Source of the DNA: Hemiscyllium ocellatum
Taxonomy: Eukaryota
Direction: 5' to 3'
Assembly (NCBI RefSeq): GCF_020745735.1
Contig: NC_083402.1
Coordinates: forward strand, 124,764,213 to 124,828,212
DNA: 64,000 bases
Position numbers and translations under genes: made by a program. Below the pieces are notes generated by a model. It was not told the origin of the DNA. It was given only the letters and a program-made list of their open reading frames with translations, and did no database searches. Shown here piece by piece: positions 37,701 to 50,549 of the stretch. How positions within the stretch are numbered: position 1 is the first letter of the stretch; each line of letters starts with the position of its first letter.

Positions 37701-38657
37701 ACAGTATCACTTATGACAAGCATGCATCATACATCAGTGACTCATGCATACCCTTCAAGTCATGTGGCTGTGTTTTTGTCATAAGACACAGTGCAACAAA
37801 CTTTGAGCTGCGATCAATTCAATATATACCGCACTCATCCATGAAAATTCATTTTTCTCGTCTCCAATGCTTTACATTACCTCCTTATTCCTCTTGGGAA
37901 CACATTGATTCTGGCAAAGGCAGTTCCTTTGGTAGCTCATCCAGCTTCTGCAAGTCTGGACAGCAAGTATCAGTGAGCTTGCCACTAGATATTGGTAAAG
38001 AATAGGAGCCCTGGGAAATGATTTTACTCTGAAACCCAAGAATTCTGAAGCCGAGTGCTCATGTTTCTTTCCATATGGTAACAAAGACCAAGAAACAACT
38101 CCGAATGGAAATAAGGGACAGAACCTTGCAATTTTTGGAGTAAGTTTTAGTGAAACAAAGACAGAAAAAATACACTTTGAGGCCAGCTTGGCTCACAGTG
38201 GCATATATATATAAGCCATCTCTTGTTTATAAAAATTTGGTTTGGCACTACATCTGTTTGAGTCACTGCGTAGCCCCAAATGTAACTGTAGCCCCTTAAC
38301 ATCATGTACATACAAGATGTACAATAGTTCCATATCTATGATAAGAGCCTTCTGCAGCTTGTGGAAGTGAGATAACCAAGCCATATACCATATACCAAGC
38401 CATATTCTGCTGGCACCATTGTCCCTCATGATAAAATACCCTGAGTCTTTCCCTGGTCTCTGTGTGCAAATCTATTGTGTGAATGAAAAGTGGTCAGTGA
38501 GGTATGGGACAAGGAGATATACAGCAAACATGAAGCCAATGCATTGAGATTGCCAGGGATTAGGACTCCCATAGATCTCTTCAGTGTTTAGTGTATTAGT
38601 CTGTGTGCAATTGCCTTGGCCTTTAAATGGCCTCCGTTTGGCAGATCTAGCAATCTC

Positions 38658-39371
38658 ACCTCCACACTCACTTCCCTCCAAGGCCCCAAGGGATCCTTCC
38701 ATATCCGCCACAAGTTCACCTGTACCTCCACACACATCATCTATTGCATCCGCTGCACCCGATGTGGCCTCCTCTATATTGGTGAGACAGGCCGCTTACT
38801 TGCGGAACGCTTCAGAGAACACCTCTGGGCCGCCCGAACCAACCAACCCAATCACCCCGTGGCTCAACACTTTAACTCCCCCTCCCACTCCACCGAGGAC
38901 ATGCAGGTCCTTGGACTCCTCCACCGGCAGAACACAACTACACGACGGCTGGAGGAGGAGCGCCTCATCTTCCGCCTGGGAACCCTCCAACCACAAGGTA
39001 TGAATTCAGATTTCTCCAGCTTCCTCATTTCCCCTCCCCCCACCTTGTCTCAGTCGGTTCCCTCAACTCAGCACCGCCCTCCTAACCTGCAATCCTCTTC
39101 CTGACCTCTCCGCCCCCACCCCACTCCGGCCTATCACCCTCACCTTGACCTCCTTCCACCTATCCCACCTCCATCGCCCCTCCCCCTAGTCCCTCCTCCC
39201 TACCTTTTATCTTAGCCGGCTTGGCTCTCTCTCTCTTATTCCTGATGAAGGGCTTATGCTCGAAACGTCGAATTCTCTATTCCTGAGATGCTGCCTAACC
39301 TGCTGTGCTTTGACCAGCAACACATTTGCAGCTGTGATCTCCAGCATCTGCAGACCTCATTTTTTACTCGA
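38658..39371 (+). mobile_element. Young 5'-truncated Penelope-like element (GIY-YIG endonuclease end plus terminal repeat), 15-bp TSD
   Basis: Uninterrupted ORF to 39104 with IIYCIRCTRCGLLYIGETGRLLAERFREH...VAQHF...LIFRLGTLQPQGMN; CpGs retained; AGATCTAGCAATCTC at 38643-38657 and 39372-39386. Confidence 0.95.
39238..39273 (+). ncRNA. Minimal type I hammerhead ribozyme (family A), intact
   Basis: ATTC-CTGATGA-A-GGGC-TTAT-GCTC-GAAA-C-GTC-GAAT: stem I ATTC/GAAT, stem II GGGC/GCTC, palindromic ACGT stem III, GUC cleavage triplet ending at 39269. Confidence 0.85.
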
Positions 39372-39952
39372 AGATCTAGCAATCTCCTCCTTCTAAAGCT
39401 GTCCCCACCCAATCCAGGTGTGGTCACAGCCATTTTCCTTTCTCTATGTATACTTTTGATTTCTAGCACAATGGAAAGCAATAGTGAACACTCCTTACCC
39501 GGTGACTTCCAGCCTCCACCTCTATGTGTAGGTGAAGTTCCAATATCCAGATAACTTCCTGATTGTCCTTCCTGCATATCCCATAAGTTTTCCACATCCT
39601 CAGGTCCCTACACAATCTGTTGACAAGAGCTTGCACATGTCCATATTTCACTGTCTGCCCCTTAAATAAGAGGTGACCCTGTCTCATATGGCCTGATAAT
39701 GTGTCCTTTCCTTCTCCTGACCTTTCCCACAAGGTCCTGCAAGACCCCTTTCCCATCCAGACTCTACATTACTCCCCTCTTGCCAATACTGTTGCTCATT
39801 CTTCACAGTTGCCATTCCTCCTGCCCCACAGCCTGCAGCCCCCACTCCCTGTGAACATTCCTGAGACTCCTTCCCATAGCAGAGAACATGCCTGCCCTCT
39901 CAACTCACTGTCCCTTTAGTTGAGCTGGATAAACCTGATGGACTGACACTTA

Positions 39953-42180
39953 GAGTCAAAGAGTCATAGAGATGTACAGCATGGAAACAGACCCTTCAGT
40001 CCAAATCATCCATGCTGACCAGATATCCTAAATTAATATACTCCCATTTGCCAGCACTTGACCGATATCCCGATAAACCCTTCCCAGATACTTTTTATAT
40101 GTTGTAATTGTACCAGCCTCCACCATCTCCCCTGGCAGCTTATTCCATACATGCACCACAGTTTACTTGAAAAACTTGCCCCTTAGGTCATTTTTAAATC
40201 TTGCCCCTCTCACCCAAACCTATATCCTCTAGTTCTGGATTACCCAACCCAAGGAAATGACCTTGTCTATTTATCCTATCTATGCCCCTCAGGATTTTAT
40301 AAGCCTCTATAAGGTCATCCCTCAGCCTCTGATGCTCCAGGGAAAACAGCCTCAGTCTATTCAGCTTCTCCCTATAGCTTAAACCCTCCAACCCTGGCAA
40401 CATCCTCGTAAATCTTTTCTGAACATATTCAAGTTTCATAACATCCTTCTTATGTCATCTTGGAGTGCAGTTACTAGCGGTGTTCCACAAGGATCTGTTT
40501 TGGGACCATTGCTGTTTGTCATTTTTATAAATGACCTGGAGGAGGGGCTTGAAGGCTGGGTGAGCAAGTTTTGCGGATGATATGAAAGTCGGTGGAGTTG
40601 TGGACAGTGAAGAAGGATGTGGCAGGTTACAGCGGGATATAGATAAGTTGCAAAGCTGGACAGAAAGGTGGCAAATGGAGTTCAATGTAGCTAAGTGTGA
40701 AGTCATTCACTTTGGTAGGAGTAACAAGAAGATGGATTACTGGGCTAATGGTAGGCTACGTGGTAGTGTGGATGAGCAGAGGGATCTTGGTGTCCATGTA
40801 CACAGATCTCTGAAAGTTGCCACCCAGGTAAATAGTGCAGTGAAGAAGGCATATGGCGTACTGGCCTTTATTGGTAGAGGAATTGAGTTCCGGAGTCCTG
40901 AGGTCATGTTGCAGTTGTATAAGACTCTGGTGTGACCTTATCTGGAGTATTGTGTGCAGTTTTGGTCACCATACTGTAGGAAGGATGTTGAGGCACTGGA
41001 ACGGGTGCAGAGGAGGTTTACCAGGATGTTGCCTGGCACGGTAGGAAGATCGTATGAGGAAAGGCTGAGGCACTTGGGGCTGTTCTCATTGGAGAAAAGA
41101 AGGTTTAGGGGAGATTTGATAGAGGTGTACAAGATGATTAGGGGTTTAGATAGGGTTGACAGTGAGAACCTTTTTCCGCGTATGGAGTCAGCTGTTACTA
41201 GGGGACACAGCTTTAAATTAAGGGGAGGTTGTATAGGACAGATGTTAGGGGTAGATTCTTTACTCAGCGGGTTGTGAGTTCATGGAATGCCCTGCCAGTA
41301 TCAGTGGTGGACTCTCCCTCTTTATGGTCATTCAAGCGGGCATTGGATAAGCATATGGAGGTTATTGGGCTAGTGTAGGTTAGGTAGGCTTCGGTCGGCG
41401 CAACATCGAGGGCCGAAGGGCCTGTACTGTGCTGTATTTTTCAATGTTCTATGTTCTATAGGAGGGAGACCAGAATTGCACTCCAAAAGTCCAACATCCT
41501 GTACAGCTGCAACATGACTTCTCAACTCTTACACTCAATGTTCTTACCAATAAAGGAACGCATATTAGATACCTTCTTCACGATCGTATTTACTGTGACG
41601 CCACTTTCAAGGGGGTATGAAACTGCACTCCAAGGTGCCTTGGTTCAGGAACACTTCCTAGGACCTTAGCATTAAGTGTTTAAGTCCTGCTCTGATTTGC
41701 CTTTCCAAAATGTAGCACCTCACATTTATCAAAACTAAACTCCATCTGCTACTTGTCGGCTCATTCGTTCATCTGATCAAAATCCCGTTGTACTCTGAGG
41801 TAACCTTCTTTGCTGCCCAATACACCTCCAATTTTGGTGTCAACTCCAAACTTACTAACTATACCTCTTAGGTTCACATCTGAATCATTTGTATAAGTGA
41901 TAAAAAGCTGTGGGCCCAGCATTGATCTTTCTGTCATACCACTGGTCACAGGCCTCCAAACTGAAAAGCAACCCTTTACCACCACCCTCTGTCTTCAACC
42001 TTCAAGCCAGTTATGTATCTAAATTGATAGTTATCCCTGTATTCCACATGATCTAACCTCACTAACCAGTCTATCATGAGGAACCTTATTGAACGCCTTA
42101 CTGAAGTCCATTTAGCTCATGTCCACCGCTCTGCCCTCATCAATCCTCTTCGTTACTTCTTCAAAAAACTCAATCAAGTT
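39953..42180 (-). mobile_element. CR1 LINE (RT to 3' end) interrupted by a younger CR1
   Basis: Same family as 273-1890; minus ORFs 40194-40439 and 41761-41985; the host sequence joins across the insertion as acatccttc...tataggagggagaccag. Confidence 0.93.
40454..41458 (+). mobile_element. Young CR1 LINE (different subfamily) nested in the opposite orientation
   Basis: [21 protein letters not shown]...FADD...WQMEFNVAKC...LERVQRRFTRML...TRGHSFKL with about 3 disruptions; (ATGTTCT)n tail. Confidence 0.95.
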
Positions 42181-42479
42181 AATAAAAATTGGCCAATTCC
42201 GGACAGGCATTGCTCACATTGTGATTGACGCCTGTACATCTCCCTGATGATGTAGCTCTAATCCCTACACTGGTTGCTATGGAACTACAGGGCTGATTGT
42301 GCCCCATTCCCTCAACAGCAGAAACATGGAATCACCGACTGAGAACACTGTGACCAGACACCTCACTGTGGTCAACTCCTGGCTTGATATGGGAGACTGC
42401 CCTTGACTTATTTCCACCAAGTCTTATGTTCTGCCACACTCACTTGCCTGAAACAGGTTCCCTCACTTGTTGTCAGCCA

Positions 42480-42820
42480 CATTAACATGTTTAGAGGACT
42501 GGTTTAGTGACAAAAAACAGAGTTGTGATAAATGAGTCATTTTCCGGGTGGCAAACTATCTGCTGGAGTGCTGCAGGGATCAATGCTGGGTCCTCATTGC
42601 TTTATGATCTATATTTAAGACTTAAATGAAGGGACTGACTGTATTGGAGCCAAGCTTGCTGATGATACTGGGATAGGGAGGTAAGCAAATTGTGAGGAGG
42701 ATATGAAGAGTTTGCAAAGAATAAGGATAAATTAAATGGGTAGGTAAAAGCATGATTGACTGTAACATGGAAAAATGTGGGGTTGTTCATTTTGAGAAGA
42801 AGAATAGAAAAACAGAATAT
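42480..42820 (+). mobile_element. Old CR1 RT fragment
   Basis: ggagtgctgcagggatcaatgctgggtcctc (GVxQGSxLGP) and aagcttgctgatgatac. Confidence 0.75.
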
Positions 42821-42829
42821 TTGGAGCTC

Positions 42830-43600
42830 ACTGCGAATCGTATCTGAAATTTTGCCTTGTTCAATCAGTGAGAGAGGATGCTAGAATTATTGGCACCATG
42901 TGTATGTGTTCCAGGCAGTTTTGCTCAGAGACAATCTTTTGATTGGCATTCCGATCAGAAACAATTATGGGAGTTCAGGGCTATTCAACTAAGTAACAGC
43001 TTTGTGGTTTTCTTCCTAGGCTGGTGACTACAATCTTGTGTTTGGACAATACAAGCCTATAAAGAGAAAACACCTTAATTTCTCTCTCTCTCTCCCCCCA
43101 TCCTGAGTGGAAAAGTAACAGAAAACCTCCTCAACCAGTGAATAAGAGATTGTGAATACAATTCTCAATCTCGTTCATTTGCCAAGAATCTGAAGGAGGT
43201 TGGAGAAACCTGAAGGAAAACAATTCACTGTGATCTGGATTGGTGCTAGGTCGGTTCGTTTATGATCTTTTCCCCCTGCTCACATTCATAATTGTGTTTT
43301 AACTTGTCCATTTTTTTGTCTGTTTGTATGTGTATCAGAATTGTAAGAAGGAATAGAGTTTAAATTATAGAGTTAACAATGCATGTTTCTTTCTTGCCAG
43401 AGGTTGAAAATGGTTCAAATGTAATCAATAGTTATGTTACTGTTAATGAAAAAAAAAAGCCTGGTGTGCATTTTGTTTTAATCTGAATGGACCTTTAGGT
43501 ATAATTGTGCAATTCAGGGTTAAGTCAAATTTTCAAATTTGGAATGACTCAGGAATGGTGGTGCTTGCTTTCCATCACACTACTTTAAGGGATCATGCAA
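42830..43600 (+). mobile_element. Possible solo LTR remnant
   Basis: Non-coding; TATA-like cctataaaga followed by a CT-rich tract and a T-rich U5-like region. Recognised by general pattern only. Confidence 0.3.
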
Positions 43601-43619
43601 AAAATAGTTTCAATTCATG

Positions 43620-44975
43620 GTTCTTTATTTATTCTTGGGATCTGAACATCACTGGCTAGGACAGCATTTATTGCCCATTCCCTGGTTGCTCTTGAGGAGT
43701 GGTGAGCTGCCTTTTTGAACCACTGCAATCGAAATCCTGTGAGTAGGTTTCCCGTCAGGGAGGGAATTACAGAAATTTGACCCAGTAGCGGGAAGGAACA
43801 GCGAGACATTTCCAAGCATGATGGGCAGTTTCTTAGAGGGCATAGGGCTGGTGTTCCAATTTATCTGCTGCCCTTATTTTTTCTCACTGGTAGTGTCTGT
43901 GCATTTGGAAGGTATTGTCTAAGGACCTTTGGTGAATTTCTGCAGTGTATCTTGTAAACGATACACACAGCTGCTACTGTTACTGCACTTTGATGGTGGA
44001 GGTGCTTGTGGATGTAATGCTGATCAAGCAGGCTCCTTTATCCTGAATGTTGCTGACCTTCTTATGTGTTGTTGGAGCTGCATTCATCCAGGCAGGTGGG
44101 GAGTATTTCACCACGTCTGACTTGTGCCTTGTAGATGATGGACAGCTTATGGGTGAGTTACTCACTGCAAGACTTTCAACCTCTTCTGCTCTTGTAGCCA
44201 CAGTACAGTTTGTCCAGTTCAGTTTTGGGTCAATGGTAAATCCCATAATGTTGATAGTGGGGCATTCAACAATAGTAATACAAATGAATGTCAAGGGGCA
44301 ATGGTTAGATTCTCTGTTTTGTCGAAGATAGCCATTGTGGCCTGGCACTTGTTTGGTGTGAATGTAACTTGCCACTTGTCAGTCCAGACCTGGAGATTGT
44401 CAAAGTCTTGCTCAATTTGTATGTGAACTGCTTCACTGTCTGAGGAGTTGTGAATTGTGCTCTCATGTGATCTTGATATTGAGGGCAGTCACTCTCTTCT
44501 TGCTCCTGGAGTTCATCTCTTTCATGCACGTTTTAACAAAAGCTGTAATGAGGTCAGGAGCTGGGTGGCCCTGGCAGAACCCAAACTTAATATCAGTGAA
44601 CTGGTTTTGCTAAGTCAGTGCTACTTGATTCCACTGTTAATGATCTCTTCCATCACTTCACTAATGATCAAAAATAGATCGATGAGGAAATAATTGGCCA
44701 GGATGGATTTGTCTTCCTTTTCATGTACATAACATGGCACTTTTCCACAGTGTCGGGTAGATGCCAATGTTGTAGCTATACTGGACAGCTTGGCTAGAGG
44801 ACTGGCAAATTCTAGAGTCCATGCCTTCAATACTATTGCTGGAATGCTGTCAGTGCCCATAGCATTTGCAGTATCTTGTGCTTTCAGCTGTTATTTGATA
44901 GCATGTGGAATGAATCAAATTAGACGGATGGTGGCATCTGTGATGCTGGAGATCTTGAGAAAGGCTGAAATGGAT
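43620..44975 (-). mobile_element. CR1-group LINE ('family B'), decayed
   Basis: Minus frames MGTDSIPAIVLKAWTLEFASPLAKL...ISEVMEEIINSGIK and VKYSPPAWMNAAPTTHKKVSNIQDK. Confidence 0.85.
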
Positions 44976-45199
44976 ATAGCAGATAGAGAGGGGTAAGACA
45001 TTTACAGAAATGAGAATTATTGAAGATATATAGCAGAATTAAATAAGGAGATTGGAAAGATCAATGGAATACCTCCAGTAAAATGGTGGTGGATTAGTGC
45101 TTCTGAGCCTGGGACTCATTTGATCCATCTATTCTCATCTTAATTCTTTTCTTTAATTCAGTCTTCTCTCTCATTTTTTGTTCTTTTCTACTTGACTTA

Positions 45200-46210
45200 C
45201 CTCTTGTTGACGAGCACAGTGGCATTGACGGCAGTGGCAGTGGTAAGTAAGCCCAGTGCAGACTCGCGGTAGTCAGCGAGTGAGCCCCACACGGATTCAT
45301 GGTGGCAGGAGTAAGTGGTGAGTTTGGGTTGCAGATGATGTCGGCACCCAGGGCAGATCATGCAGGTGGCGGCAGAGCGAGTTTGGGCCCAGTACAGAAT
45401 CCTCACAGTGGTAAGGTCGGCCTAAAGCAGTCTCATGGCTGTGCTGGAGTTGTGTTTAGGCCATTGCCATACCTGGACGCATCAGTGCCGTCTGCATTGG
45501 CAGGATCCAGCCACTATCCAGACTCATAGTGGCAAGAACATTGGTGGATGGACTTCCATTCCAGCAGGCCCACGGTAGAGCACTTAACAAACAGGACTGT
45601 TACGTTGAACATGATTTCATTTTATCCTTATTCTTCTGCCTTTATATCTTATGTTTTGATTTCTTAGAATTTTGGCCTAATAAATCCACACCGACCCTCT
45701 GAAATGTAACCCATCCACATCCATTCCCCTAATTAATGCATCTGACCTACACATCCTTGAACACGATGGGCAATTTCACATGGCAAATTCATCTAACCTG
45801 CACATCTTTGGACTGTGGGAGGAAGCTGGAGCACTCAGAGTAAACCCATGCAGGCATGGGGAGAATGTGCAAACTGCACACAGACATTAACCCAGGCTGG
45901 AATCGAACCTGTGTCCATGGCGTAGTGATGCAGCAGTTCTAATCCTTCCTTTTTCTTTGTTTTATAGAATCTCTACCATTGGTAATCTACCTAACCTGCA
46001 GGTCTTTGGATTATTGGAGGAAACTGGAGCACCCGGAGGAAACCCATGGGGAGAGTGTACAAACTCCACACAGACATTCACCCGAGGCTGGAATTGAATC
46101 TGGGCCACTGTGCTGCCTGAAGATGGCGCTGGAGAGTGGTGACACTATACAATACTTTTCACTGTATTTTGTAACAAAATACATATGGCAATAAATAAAT
46201 AAATAAAAAC
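45200..46210 (+). mobile_element. Unclassified retroelement 3' region with (AATA)n tail, interrupted by two HE1-type SINEs (minus, about 45665-45945 and 45966-46110)
   Basis: GC-rich body; tail cttttcactgtattttgtaacaaaatacatatggcaataaataaataaa; SINE pieces ctaacctgcacatctttggactgtgggaggaa...caaactccacacagac. Confidence 0.6.
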
Positions 46211-48714
46211 AAGAGAAAGGATGGAATTTTATCTCATTAGCTGGGGTGGTGGAGGATAAGCGTGTGCACCACTCCAGCAGATCTAAAGGATGCTGGACCT
46301 AACAGCCACTAACCTATCCATGGATGCAGCCAGACAGTCACATGCTTGAGGCAGCTGATTCCCCACAGCTTTTCTGCATTCATGTAGCCTCTGGCCTATG
46401 AGAACCATTGGCTCCTCATGCCTTATTTCTGATCTTCTCCATCTCCTGCATATCAATTTGCTGCTGTCAGCTCTGCATCCATGCTCTCTCTGGTTTCTCA
46501 GTCAGATGGTTGTGGGTTAAATCTAACTCCAGGAACTTGGTCATAGATTTGAGGCAGACACTCCCAAAGTATTATTCAATGAGTGCTGCATTGACAGAGA
46601 AAGCATCTTTCATGCCAAGTCCTACAAGGTAGATGTAAAAATCTTGCAGCCACTATTCTGAAAGAAAATAAGGGATATTCCATTGAGTCATGGCTAATTA
46701 ATTTTAGTTCTAGGCTAGTAACAAAACAAATTACCTGGTTGTTATCCATTTCTATTGAAGTAGTTCACTTTGTGAAAATTAGCTGCCAAGTGTTCTATAT
46801 TGCAACAGTAACTACACTTCAAACAGACTTGGAGCAGCAAAATACTTTTCTCTTCTATTGCTACACACTCTTAAGGTGACAACTATCCTGAACCTGTCTC
46901 ACAGTTGTTCCAAGGTGTTACTGGACATGTCTCATTCATCTCACAGTCAGAAGTCTACGAATCCATTCAGGAGGCAGCCTTGAACTCGTTACTAGGGCAA
47001 ACCAACATTGTACATTTTCCATTGAACACAGAAGTTAATATCAGTGACGTTTGGGGTTTGCGGCAATGGTTGACTTCAAATGAGTCCTTGACACTGTTGA
47101 CTCCAGTGCAGGGTAATTCAGGAGGCTTCATCAACTCTCTGGGAGTCTAAATCCATCTATCTGTTTGTAATTACAAAAATGAGCTTACATGGTTTCCCTC
47201 AGAATATGCACTGGATCAGATAATGGCCTGGACAGCTCATCCAGATTTCAGGCACCATGGGCTGACAGGATAGTGAGGAAGCAGAATTCCTGCTTACCTG
47301 AGAGGGGACAACATTAGCTTGTTCTATAGCAACCCCAGATTGGCATGGGGTTATGTTATTACACAGATCAGTCTGAAGAATGAGAGTAGACTGCAAGAGA
47401 ATGGGCAATAGTTTGAAAGTACTTATCCATATAGATCAACACTTTGTCTAGTGAGCATGACAGGAAGTGTATATTCAATGCTGGAGTAGAGTGATGTCTC
47501 ACCTCTTCAATGAATTTCCCTGTTAGGTAGCTCAGCTAAATTTGAGAACTAGGGGCCATTCAGAATTGAATCCAGGCAACTTCTTAGCGTGGCTTGTTGT
47601 GGCAGTAATACCAACCAGTCAAACTTTTGAGGAATATTAGTCCAAAGATGGAATTTCAATCTGATTCTAGAAATTATCATTAAAAAATGAGTGATTCTAG
47701 TACTTTTCATACTCCAAGATAACACCTATTAACTCCCACCTATTTTCAATACTACGTGGTAGTGTCCTATGCCCAGAATTTGATCAGTGTTGTCAGCATT
47801 GAATTGCCAAATGATTCATCTGCTCACGCCTGTATGATTCACACACAGATTTTAGATTTGGATTGGGCACCATGGATACATAGCGTTGGGACACTGCAAG
47901 TTGAACCAACTAAAAATATTTAAAGAGAAAGTCAGAAGGACACAAGATTTTCCTTTGCTCAGTTTCTTCCTTTCTCTCTCAACGTCTGTCAAGGCTCAGA
48001 ATGTGAAGTTTGGATTAGTCACAGTGAAAAAACATTTTAGAGATTAGTGAGAGCTAAACCAAATACATGCCTGATAGAAGTGAAATCTGAAACAAGGGTA
48101 AAAGACGTTTGTGCGAAACACTGAATCTGATAGAAATTTAATTGCTATTTATAGGGAAGTTTTCTCAACTCATGCATTTGAAATAGCACTTTTTATCTTT
48201 ATATTTACAAGATTTAAGCAAAAAATCATTTTAGGTTACCCCATAAGTAAAGTTTGTCTTGTCCTGCACTTGAATTGTGTTCTGTCCACAGGAACACACT
48301 GGAAGCCCTGGCCCATATGACAAAGGAGAAACTCTGTCTTGAGAGCAGTAACAGTCAGCTAATGAAAACCAGATCAGGATATTCTCCTGAAAGGGCAGGA
48401 GAAGCACAATAATCAGTAACTTTTAAAATAGAACTGGTTAAATACCTGAAAATTTGCAGGTCGGAGATAAGATCTGGGGAGTGGGAACAATTGGATGGTT
48501 CCTTCAAGTAGCAGGTACTGGCATGGCGTGCTGAATGGTCTGCTTCTGTGTTCTTTGATGTTAAGATTTAGAAATGTAACTTACAGCATCATGAGCAATG
48601 GTTATAGTGCAATAGAGAGGAGTAGTAGAGAGGAGAATTGTATACTCATTGTAAATATTGTTTTGTTGTTCACTCTCCATGAAAGATACCAACTAATATA
48701 AAAACTCCCCTTTG

Positions 48715-48965
48715 CTCTTTGTGGGTTTCTGCCGAGTGCTCCAGTTTCCTCCCATAGTCCAGAGATGTGTGGGGTAGGTGGGTTGGTTATGCTATATTGC
48801 ACATAATGTCCAGGGATATGTAGATCAGGTGGATTAACCATGGGAAATTTGGGGTTGCAGAGTTAGGGGTAGGAGGGATGGTCTGGGTGGGTTGCTGTTT
48901 GGAGGCTCGATGTGTACTTGATGGGCTGGATGGCCTGCTTCCACACTGTAGGGATTCTTTGACTC
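48715..48965 (+). mobile_element. HE1-type SINE, 5'-truncated
   Basis: gtgggtttctgccgagtgctccagtttcctcccatagtcc...ccacactgtagggattct. Confidence 0.85.
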
Positions 48966-49869
48966 TAAGAATATTTGTAAGTCCCAAAATAAGGCAAAAC
49001 ATTTATTCAGAACCTTGTGTTTGAAGATAATGTTTTTTTCTGTTTTTTGTTAATCACCTGTTCTACTTGAATATATGGGAATTTGTATGGGACCAAAAGT
49101 TCTTACCCCTCTCCTTGACCCCTGAACCCTAGCCACTGCTGATTCACAAGACCAGACTTTCTTTCAGCAGATTAAAAAGTTATGTCTTCGGCTTAACATG
49201 TCAGGAAGCTGTTTCCTTTAAAAAGAATTGTGGCTTTGTCAGAAGGGAGGTTAGGAAAAGCAATGTGATTACAATAGCAGGTTGCAATAGTGTACTTTAT
49301 TACCATGGCAATGGGCCTTGAGGGTATCATTCTGACAGTGTTCCCAAAGATCAAATAGGAAACTCTAGGCTCAATGTGTCTTATAACATCTGGGGACATA
49401 TTTTGAACTCACAATTAGAGAAATTACAACACAAAATAAAATCATTTGGCATATTTTGCTTGTGCTATTGCTAATTGTTGAGCAGCAACTCCCTAACATA
49501 ATCCATTCTCCTGACATTTCCCCAGATCCCTTTTCAGATTCAAATACATGTCCAATTTTGCTTTCAATGATATTCTAGTCTATGTCTTAAACTCTAGCTG
49601 TGATAGAGCATTCCAAACTCTAATAACACTCTGTCTGAAAATAAATCCATTAACTTATCCCTTCCTTCACCAGTGCTAATTCTGAATTTATGATCCTCTT
49701 GGTACTGTTCCTAAAATATTAAAAGCAATGATTTATTATTTCATCTCTTCAAAACATCGCAGACCCCTGAAAGGCACTATTATAATCTACTAATGTTCTA
49801 TATTCCCCATTTCAATTTTATTATTAGATTTGTTCCAGGAATGAGGGATATATGGGTGATTGGAAAAGC

Positions 49870-50250
49870 TGAAGCTGTTCTCCTTGGAGATTTGATAGCA
49901 CAATTCAAAATCATCAGGCATCTGAACAGAGTAGATAGGGAGTAATTGTTGGCATTAGAGGTTACCAGTTTGAATGAATGGCACAAGAACCAAAGGCAAC
50001 CCCACAAAACAACTTTCTTACGCAGCGAGTGGTTAGGATCTGGAATGCATTGGCTGGGAGGGTGGTGGAGGCAGATCCAATCATGACTTTCAAAAGAAAA
50101 TTGGATAATTACCAGGAAAGAAAAGGAGTTGCATGGCTATAGGGAAAAGGCGGGAGAGTGAGATTCGCTGAGTTGCACTTTCAGAGAACTGGCAAATATG
50201 CGATGGACCGAATGGCCATCTTCTTTGCTGCAACCACTTTATGATTCTGT
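49870..50250 (+). mobile_element. CR1 LINE 3' end, old
   Basis: ggagatttgatag...cagcgagtggttaggatctggaatgc...gatggaccgaatggcc...atgattctgtga. Confidence 0.8.
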
Positions 50251-50516
50251 GAATGAAAACATTCCATTCCAGGAATCATTCTTATCAATTTTTAAGTTCA
50301 CTGGCTGTGATATCCCAAGAGCCAAGAGTGTTTATAACATTCTTAGCTGGCTTTAACCAATGATTAATTCAAATTCAACAGCATTTGAAGATTGTCTGAA
50401 TGTAGCTACAATAGGCCCACGTATATTTAAGGATAGTGTCTGATACTCTGTGCTGGTAAAGAAGAGCCAAGCAAGATAATGTGTGAACTGAACTCATGCA
50501 TAACCATGATTTACTG

Positions 50517-50549
50517 GTCCTGAAGAAGGGTAAAACCCGAAACATTGAC
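50517..50549 (+). ncRNA. Minimal hammerhead motif (family D) at the head of a roughly 95-bp PLE repeat (to about 50610)
   Basis: GTC-CTGAAGA-AGGGT-AAA-ACCC-GAAA-C-ATT-GAC: stems I and II pair fully; stem III ACAT is probably CpG-decayed ACGT. Confidence 0.6.

Noticed and set aside
37589-38429. 138-aa plus ORF and neighbouring minus ORFs, considered as transposase or viral env
   Set aside because: No diagnostic motifs in any frame examined.
38380-39900. Possible decayed CR1 ORF1 (esterase) on minus flanking the young PLE
   Set aside because: Only faint resemblance (ENLWDMQEG..SYLD); too weak to call.
46905-47150. ORF starting FQGVTGHVSF, reminiscent of receptor ligand-binding domains (natriuretic peptide / GABA-B type F.GVTG motif)
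   Set aside because: Downstream residues do not continue the family pattern and no partner exons were found.
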